Assembly (NCBI GenBank): GCA_028707125.1
Contig: JAQTUX010000001.1
Span: forward strand, 77,639-141,638
Length of the DNA stretch: 64,000 nt
Reading direction: 5' to 3'
From: Candidatus Omnitrophota bacterium
Lineage (GTDB): Bacteria > Omnitrophota > Gorgyraeia > Gygaellales > JAQTUX01
The notes under the pieces were generated by a model. The model made no database searches and was not told the origin of the DNA. It saw nothing but the letters and a program-made list of their open reading frames with translations. Positions 57,906 to 64,000 of this stretch are shown piece by piece; within the stretch, counting starts at the first letter, position 1, and the number at the start of each line of letters is the position of its first letter. The position numbers were made by a program, and so were the translations under genes.

Positions 57906-58618
57906 TGCAGCATTCACAAAAAGCAATAGTGATACCTGTTTTTAACGAACGGTATACCATTGAGCCGTTGTTGAGCGGCATCATCGCCCTCGGCTTAGAG
58001 GGCCTCAATATTTTTGTTGTGGACGATGATTCTCAAGACGGGACCGCGGCAATTTTGGATGGGGTCGCCGCGGAGCATAATTGCGTAAAGGTCATTCATC
58101 GCCGCGGCAGGCGCGGCAGGGGGCTGTCCGTTAAAGCGGGATTCGCCGCCGCCTTAGAAAAGGGGTGCAGCTATATCCTGGAAATGGACGGAGATCTTTC
58201 GCACCGGGCGGAGGACATACCTCATTTTTTCCAGGCCGTAGAAAATGCCGACATAGTTGTAGGTTCGCGGCGGATCCAGGATGGGGAGGACTTGCGGAAA
58301 AATCTGGCAAGGAAGGCCCTTTCGGTATTCAGCAATTTTGTCTTGCGCAGGGCCCTGGCATTAGATATCCAAGACTGCACTTCCGGTTTCAGGTGTTTTA
58401 AAGCGGATGTCCTCAAGGGTATACCGCTGGAGCGCTTGAAATCAAGCGGCCCCATGCTGCTGGAAGAGATATTATTGGTATGTCAGCGCGATAAGAAGGC
58501 GATGCGGGAAGTCCCGATCAAGTTTTTAGACAGGAGAGGCGGCCGGTCAAAGCTGGGATTAAAGACCGTAGGGATATCGCTGCTGGATTTTTTAAGAATT
58601 AAATTCACGTATACTTAA
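57905..58618 (+). CDS. GT2 polyprenol-phosphate glycosyltransferase (DPM1/ArnC/GtrB-like)
   Basis: 237 aa. VIPVFNE…VVDDDSQDGT…MDGDLSH (DxD) is typical of dolichyl/undecaprenyl-phosphate sugar transferases. Confidence 0.75.
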   Translation: MQHSQKAIVIPVFNERYTIEPLLSGIIALGLEGLNIFVVDDDSQDGTAAILDGVAAEHNCVKVIHRRGRRGRGLSVKAGFAAALEKGCSYILEMDGDLSHRAEDIPHFFQAVENADIVVGSRRIQDGEDLRKNLARKALSVFSNFVLRRALALDIQDCTSGFRCFKADVLKGIPLERLKSSGPMLLEEILLVCQRDKKAMREVPIKFLDRRGGRSKLGLKTVGISLLDFLRIKFTYT

Positions 58619-59283
58619 TGCTGTATATAGTTTCTACCCCCATAGGCAACCTTAAAGATATCACCCTTAGGGCTCTGGAGGTATTGAAGAGCGTTGATCT
58701 GATCGCCTGTGAAGATACCCGCCATACCGCTTTCCTCCTTAAGCATTACGACATAAAAAAGCCCACCGTAAGCTATCATTCTTACAGCAGTAAAAAGAAG
58801 ACAGAGTCATTGATCCGGGAGCTCAAAGAGGGCAAAAACGTTGCCCTGGTTTCTGATGCCGGGACGCCGGGCATCAGCGATCCCGGCCACTTATTGATAA
58901 AGACGGCCATAGATAATGATATCCCGATTACGGCCGTCCCCGGCCCGGCAGCATTTTTAACCGCGCTTACCCTGTCCGGGATGAACGCCGGCCGATTTGT
59001 CTATCGCGGATTTTTAAGCCCGAAGCAGTCGCGCAGGCGCAGGCAATTAGAGGAGCTCAAGGGCCTGATAGATGATTATCCGGTTGTCCTTTATGAGTCG
59101 CCGCACAGGATATCAAAATTACTTGATGATATAGGAGTGGTATTGGGGCAGCGTGAAGTTATCTGCGTGCGCGAGGCGACAAAAAAATTTGAAGAGATAT
59201 TACGAGGCAAGCCAGAGCAGTTATCGGGCCATCTGCAACAGAGACCCCCAAAAGGAGAATTCGTTCTTATCATTAGCCGATGA
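58618..59283 (+). CDS. rsmI: 16S rRNA (cytidine1402-2'-O)-methyltransferase
   Basis: 221 aa. LYIVSTPIGNLKDITLRALEVLKSVDLIACEDTR is the RsmI N-terminal signature. Confidence 0.85.
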   Translation: MLYIVSTPIGNLKDITLRALEVLKSVDLIACEDTRHTAFLLKHYDIKKPTVSYHSYSSKKKTESLIRELKEGKNVALVSDAGTPGISDPGHLLIKTAIDNDIPITAVPGPAAFLTALTLSGMNAGRFVYRGFLSPKQSRRRRQLEELKGLIDDYPVVLYESPHRISKLLDDIGVVLGQREVICVREATKKFEEILRGKPEQLSGHLQQRPPKGEFVLIISR

Positions 59284-59293
59284 GAACCCGATT

Positions 59294-59998
59294 ATGAATA
59301 TTTCGGTAGTAGTCCCGGTATATAATGAAGAAGAGAATATCGGGCCCCTGTATTTTCATTTAAGGAAGGCCCTGGATAATAGCGGGGGGCTAGTTAATGA
59401 TTATGAAATCATATTCGTAGATGACGGCTCCAGCGACGAGTCGCATCTCAAGATCGGCTCCCTGGGGCGTAACCGCCTGAAGACAATAAGGTTTAAGAGG
59501 AATATGGGAAAATCCGCTGCTTTGTCAGCCGGTTTTCAAAAAGCGGGATACGAGATAATTGCTACCATTGACGCCGACCTTCAATATGATCCCCGTGACA
59601 TCCTGGGTATGGCGGAAAAGGTTGCCGCGGGGTATGATTGTGTCTGCGGCTGGAGACATATCAGGAGAGACGCCCCCATTAAGAAATTATCCGCGAAAAT
59701 CTCCAATTACGTCCGGAGGCTTATTTTAAAAGACAATTTTCATGATATCGGATGCGCGTTGAGGGTTTTTAAAAGCAGCTGTATTCAAGGCATGGAATTT
59801 TTCCATGGATCCCATCGATTCCTCCCTTTTTTAATAGAAATGGCGGGCCATAAAGTGTTGGAATATAAGATCAGGCATTACCCGAGAATATGCGGAAAGT
59901 CAAAATACAATATAAGAAACAGGCTCTTGGGGACCATGCTTAATTTGATATATGTAATCAAAATTAAAAGGCAACGCAAAAAACCAGATGACAGCTGA
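59294..59998 (+). CDS. Second GT2 polyprenol-phosphate glycosyltransferase (DPM1-like)
   Basis: The ATG is at 59294 (MNISVVVPVYNEEENI…VDDGSSDES…IDADLQYDP). The ORF-track start at 59153 overlaps rsmI and is unlikely. Confidence 0.75.
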   Translation: MNISVVVPVYNEEENIGPLYFHLRKALDNSGGLVNDYEIIFVDDGSSDESHLKIGSLGRNRLKTIRFKRNMGKSAALSAGFQKAGYEIIATIDADLQYDPRDILGMAEKVAAGYDCVCGWRHIRRDAPIKKLSAKISNYVRRLILKDNFHDIGCALRVFKSSCIQGMEFFHGSHRFLPFLIEMAGHKVLEYKIRHYPRICGKSKYNIRNRLLGTMLNLIYVIKIKRQRKKPDDS

Positions 59999-60992
59999 AT
60001 CGGCTGATAGAATACGGATGTCCGTTATTGTTATTGTCTCGAGGGGCCGGGAATTTATCACGCGCCTGCTTAATAGTATCGCTCCTTTTCTTAATGATAA
60101 GATAGAAATAGTTATAGTAAGGAATGGCGGGGGCAAAGGATCTTTGGATCCCGCCGATAGGCCACCCCATGGAAATATCAAGTATATTGAATTGCCTCAA
60201 GCATCGATCGGCAGCGCAAGAAATGAGGCCATTAGACAATCAAGGGGCGAGATCTTATATTTTTTGGATGACGATGTCATTGTGGGCCACGATATATTCC
60301 GGATTGCCCTGGATGGATTTAATGCCCGTTTAGACATAGGCGTGATAGGCGGCCCAAACCTCACTCCGCCAGGCAGCGGTTTTTTCCAAAAATGTTCGGG
60401 CATGGTGCTTGCCTCTGTATTTGGTTCTGCGCACGCCCGTTTCCGTTATAAAAAGGCCCGGAAGCAAATGCCGGCAGATGATAGTTCGCTCATAGCATGC
60501 AACTTGGCGATAAGAAGAAGCGCCCTGGATAATACCGGGCTGTTTTTTAATGAGACGGTAATACGCAACGAAGAGAATCTATTGTTAGAGGCGTTGGGGG
60601 CAATGGGCATACGCATGCTGTATGTGCCGGAGTTATTTATTTATCATGAGCGCAGAAAGAGCGCCGCAGAATTATTCCTGCAAATATTTCATTATGGATA
60701 TGGCAGGGCGCAACAGGCAAGGCGCGCCCCGCGGACAACGTCGCTGCTTAATCTGCTGCCAAGCGCGCTAATCATATATATATTGTCGGTGTTGATATGC
60801 CCTAACAGCCGATTATATTATTGCCCGCTTTTGATATATATAGCATCAGGCACGATTTTCTCTTTTGGGCTGGGGATTTCCGCGAGAAACTTCGCCCATG
60901 GTTTTTGCGCATTATGGCTGTTCCCTTTTGTGCATATGGCGTATGGTTTGGGTTTTATACGCGGCATAGCGCCTAAGCCATGGATACGATAA
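59988..60992 (+). CDS. GT2-family glycosyltransferase with a C-terminal membrane anchor of 2-3 TM helices
   Basis: 334 aa. The start is probably MSVIVIV (~60018). The DxD-like motif is LDDDV. The C-terminal ~90 aa are hydrophobic. Confidence 0.6.
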   Translation: MTAESADRIRMSVIVIVSRGREFITRLLNSIAPFLNDKIEIVIVRNGGGKGSLDPADRPPHGNIKYIELPQASIGSARNEAIRQSRGEILYFLDDDVIVGHDIFRIALDGFNARLDIGVIGGPNLTPPGSGFFQKCSGMVLASVFGSAHARFRYKKARKQMPADDSSLIACNLAIRRSALDNTGLFFNETVIRNEENLLLEALGAMGIRMLYVPELFIYHERRKSAAELFLQIFHYGYGRAQQARRAPRTTSLLNLLPSALIIYILSVLICPNSRLYYCPLLIYIASGTIFSFGLGISARNFAHGFCALWLFPFVHMAYGLGFIRGIAPKPWIR

Positions 60993-61993
60993 ATTTTGAT
61001 TTTTATACTATCGGTGTGTCGGTGCGTTCTTCCGATCCCGTAGTCATTGATAATATCCGCAGGGATTTTTCTTATTTTCATCGCGCTGATATAGCCAGGG
61101 CCGATATAGTGCTTCAGGTATATAATGAGCCTCCCGACTATTCCGTCGTATCCAGACTAAAACCCGCCTTACGTTTTAATACAGCCGCCTGTTATGACAA
61201 GCAAAGTATCCGCTATATAGATTATCAGGGCAAGGCGTTGGCAATTTGCGATTATGATAGCGAAGAAATCAAGGTTTATTCTCAGGATGAGGATCTGCTG
61301 CATGAGATACCTTATCTTTTGTTGCATTCACGGCTGGGTGTGCTTTTAGACGGCAGGGGCCTGCATAGGATACATGCCTTAGGTTTTTCCATGGACAATA
61401 ATGCTGTTCTTTGCCTCCTGCCTTCGGGCGGAGGCAAGACATGTTTGGGATTGCGCCTGCTCAGGGATCCGCGCATTAAAATACTTTCAGATGATACTCC
61501 ACTGCTTACGCGCGAAGGCATGGTCCTGCCTTTTCCTATACGTATCGGGGCCTATGCCCGGGATGTGCAGGGGATACCGCAGCAATATGTGCGGGATTTT
61601 CGCAGAAGGAGGCATGGCGCGAAGAAGCTGGTTGACATAGAATATTTTCACAATAGTATTGGCAAGCCGGGTATGCTGCGTATGATATTAATAGGAAGGC
61701 GTAGGGACTCATGCGTTCCTGTGATCAGGCCGCTGCGCCGGATATCCGCTATATGGCCCTGTTTTGTCAGCGGGGCGATCGGCATCGGTCTCCCCCAGAT
61801 CAAAGAGTGCATGCTTAAACCCGGCATAAGCGAGCTCCGGAAAAACGCATCCGTTATATGCAAGCGGGCCGGGGTTTTGATGAATGCTATCCGTGCCTGC
61901 GGCACGTATATATTTCATTTGAACAGCGATGGGGAAAGTAATTACGACATTCTTATGAGGTATATATCCAAAGAAATCAGGGCCATTACTTAA
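60980..61993 (+). CDS. P-loop protein resembling the HPr-kinase C-terminal / PEPCK-like kinase fold
   Basis: 337 aa. The Walker-A-like motif is LPSGGGKTCLGL, followed by …KILSDDTPLLT…. The assignment rests on motif memory only. Confidence 0.35.
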   Translation: MDTINFDFYTIGVSVRSSDPVVIDNIRRDFSYFHRADIARADIVLQVYNEPPDYSVVSRLKPALRFNTAACYDKQSIRYIDYQGKALAICDYDSEEIKVYSQDEDLLHEIPYLLLHSRLGVLLDGRGLHRIHALGFSMDNNAVLCLLPSGGGKTCLGLRLLRDPRIKILSDDTPLLTREGMVLPFPIRIGAYARDVQGIPQQYVRDFRRRRHGAKKLVDIEYFHNSIGKPGMLRMILIGRRRDSCVPVIRPLRRISAIWPCFVSGAIGIGLPQIKECMLKPGISELRKNASVICKRAGVLMNAIRACGTYIFHLNSDGESNYDILMRYISKEIRAIT

Positions 61994-61999
61994 GGATAT

Positions 62000-63253
62000 A
62001 TGAATATTGCGCTGGAGGCCGGGAGTGTCGGCAGAGATGCTATATCACTTGCTGCCGCGCGCGGCTTTTACAAGATTGTTGCGCTCCTGGCAGTTGTGTT
62101 TATCGTCAGGCGCCTCGGGCCGTATGATTCCGGAGTATATTTCTTTTCTTTCGCCTTTGGGCGCGTATGGGGATATTTGGTAAATGCCGGGCTCAACCAT
62201 TACCTGATCAGGGAGGTGGCCGGCGGTAAGGTAGATCCCGCCGTACTGGTAGGGGATATCGCGGGTTTCCGTATAATAAATGCTGTGTGCGCGATGTCTG
62301 CGGCAGGCCCGGCGGCTCTTCTTTTATTCCCGCGATCATGGCAGTATATCGTCCTTGGCACGGCATCAATAGTTTTGGATGAGATCGCCTACACGTTTTC
62401 TTCATATTTCCTGGCCAGGAGGGAAGTCGTATTTAATATAATCGCGGGCGTATCATCCAGGGTGGTCTTTATCGCGCTGTTGTATTTGGTATTAATCAGC
62501 GCGGGAGGGCTGAAGGAGGTGCTGCTGGCCTATTTTTTTACAAGCGCCTTTTTTCTTACGGCGAGCCTGTTGCTGGCCGTCAGGTTATTGGGGAGATTCA
62601 AAGTCGGTTTTTTACGCTATAAGCGGCTTTTTGCCTCCGGAGTGTATTTTTTAGGCATCATTATCATTCTACCTTTGGCCCCGGACATGATATCCATACT
62701 GTTGGGGTATCTTGGCGATATTCAGGGCACGGCGTTTTTTAATGCCGCCCATACTATTTGCAGCGGGGCGCTATTTATCCCGCAGGCCGCTACGGCTGTG
62801 CTATATCCGGTCATGGTAGGGCTATTTAACGCGGATACGCCCGTTGGCTTGAAAACATATGACAGATATCTTATAGTTTTTTTGCTTTGTGGATGCTGTA
62901 TGTCTGTTTTGCTATGGTTTTTTGCCGGCCCCCTGATCGCGCATATATTCGGCAGCCATTTTATGGCATCGGTTTCGGCCCTGCAGTTGTTGTCTTTATC
63001 GCTGCCTTTTTTATTGGCCAATAGCCTGAACTCCGTATGCCTTATGTCGTTATATAAAGAGCGTTTTCTGATAAGCGTGTTATTAGCAGGCATTTTGTTT
63101 AATGTCGTCCTGGGGGCCGCATTAATACGCCTATACGGATTGCGGGGCGCGGCTATGACCGTAGTTGTAACCCAGGCCTTGATTTTTGCAGTTGCCGTCA
63201 GGGAATGCCGTAAGGCGCAGCCAATCAAAACAGGGATATGCCGAATACCTTGA
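62000..63253 (+). CDS. Wzx-like oligosaccharide flippase (MOP superfamily polysaccharide biosynthesis protein)
   Basis: 417 aa with ~12 predicted TM helices. The length and topology fit a flippase. Confidence 0.65.
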   Translation: MNIALEAGSVGRDAISLAAARGFYKIVALLAVVFIVRRLGPYDSGVYFFSFAFGRVWGYLVNAGLNHYLIREVAGGKVDPAVLVGDIAGFRIINAVCAMSAAGPAALLLFPRSWQYIVLGTASIVLDEIAYTFSSYFLARREVVFNIIAGVSSRVVFIALLYLVLISAGGLKEVLLAYFFTSAFFLTASLLLAVRLLGRFKVGFLRYKRLFASGVYFLGIIIILPLAPDMISILLGYLGDIQGTAFFNAAHTICSGALFIPQAATAVLYPVMVGLFNADTPVGLKTYDRYLIVFLLCGCCMSVLLWFFAGPLIAHIFGSHFMASVSALQLLSLSLPFLLANSLNSVCLMSLYKERFLISVLLAGILFNVVLGAALIRLYGLRGAAMTVVVTQALIFAVAVRECRKAQPIKTGICRIP

Positions 63254-64000
63254 AGAGAGATAGGGCCATCTTGATCCTGATCTGCTGTATGTCCGCCGCC
63301 TTATTCTTTTCGCATTATCCCTTCTCGGGCCCCATTACCACAAACCCCTCAGCCACCCATTATTATATCGCCAGAGAGGTCGCCGGCGGTTCACCGCTGT
63401 ATAAGGATATCTTTTCCGACAAACCGCCTTTGCATGATTATCTCCTCGCCGCCCCATTTTTATTGACGAGGGGAGACATAATAAAATCCATAATCGTTTC
63501 GCGGTTTATCTTCTTCTTTATCTTTCTCTGCGGCGCAGCCGCGTTATTTATATTTTCCAAAGCAGTATTGCAAAAGGAACAGCTCGCCCTTCTGTCCGTC
63601 GTATCTTTTATAGGCGTGGGATTCCCGTATTTCGCCCTTGTAGGGGGCAATAAGTGGCAGCTTTTGACCTCCTGCCTGGGGATTATCTCCGTGTTATGTT
63701 ATATAAGGATGAGATTGTTCCTTTGTGGTGTATTCGCCGCATTGGCGGCTATGACCTGGCTGCCGGGCCTTGTCTTTTTAGCCGGGCCGTTAATATATAC
63801 AGTATTATTTGAAGATGACAGGATAAAGAAGGGCAAGATATTGATATTTGGTTTTGCGCTCCCGGTTATCTCGATCATTATTCTCCTCCTCCTGCAAGGA
63901 TCACTGCGTGACTGCATTCTCCAGACCATTTTATTTGGTATGGTCAGTGTCCCGGTTCGCTGGCTGGAGGGGCCGTGGGGCAATATCCGCGATACCATTG
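63238..64000 (+). CDS. GT-C family membrane glycosyltransferase (ArnT/PMT_2-like). Partial: it runs off the window end.
   Basis: The ATG at 63238 opens a frame to the window end with no stop. It is polytopic (…FIFFFIFLCGAAALFIF…). The ArnT/PMT similarity is inferred from hydropathy and context. Confidence 0.4.
   Translation, partial: MPNTLKRDRAILILICCMSAALFFSHYPFSGPITTNPSATHYYIAREVAGGSPLYKDIFSDKPPLHDYLLAAPFLLTRGDIIKSIIVSRFIFFFIFLCGAAALFIFSKAVLQKEQLALLSVVSFIGVGFPYFALVGGNKWQLLTSCLGIISVLCYIRMRLFLCGVFAALAAMTWLPGLVFLAGPLIYTVLFEDDRIKKGKILIFGFALPVISIIILLLLQGSLRDCILQTILFGMVSVPVRWLEGPWGNIRDTI

Overview
A 64 kb chromosomal window from a diderm bacterium (LptE, BamD-like protein, Omp85-type barrels; GC roughly mid-50 %) that spans the replication origin. 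Every gene left of ~47.9 kb is on the minus strand and every gene right of it is on the plus strand, so all are co-oriented with replication. Minus arm (low to high coordinate): folC (partial), purH, a P-loop-less YchF relic, an EF-G paralog, a KamA + Ddl-like ATP-grasp pair, HAD/PAC2/thioesterase genes, an M1-peptidase::Omp85-barrel fusion, nth-like glycosylase, a PilZ-TM-periplasmic-domain protein, a DUF3857/transglutaminase lipoprotein, pabC-pabB, a DnaQ-exonuclease::WYL fusion, a YkgJ::DUF2156 fusion, holA-lptE-BamD-like, pheST, a trkH/trkA/trkA insertion, rplT-rpmI-infC-thrS, tRNA-Cys/Leu/Val, coaC-rpoZ-gmk-yicC-ndk, parAB with a 37-bp parS-like palindrome, jagN-yidC-yidD-rpmH (no rnpA), then a ~7.8 kb Wza/PCP/BY-kinase/O-antigen-ligase polysaccharide-export locus ending in a PilZ gene next to oriC. 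The rplT gene on the plus strand (rpsT, S20) is the only minus-arm exception. Plus arm: DnaA boxes, dnaA, dnaN, DUF721, gyrB, gyrA, tRNA-Glu, glmS, and a lipid-linked glycosylation module (two DPM1-like GT2, rsmI, a membrane GT2, a P-loop protein, a Wzx flippase, a partial GT-C). No rRNA, CRISPR array, transposase or prophage was recognised. The most striking unexplained structure is a dual-hairpin intercistronic element present three times, each ending in the Shine-Dalgarno sequence of the downstream gene, with compensatory stem mutations in one copy.
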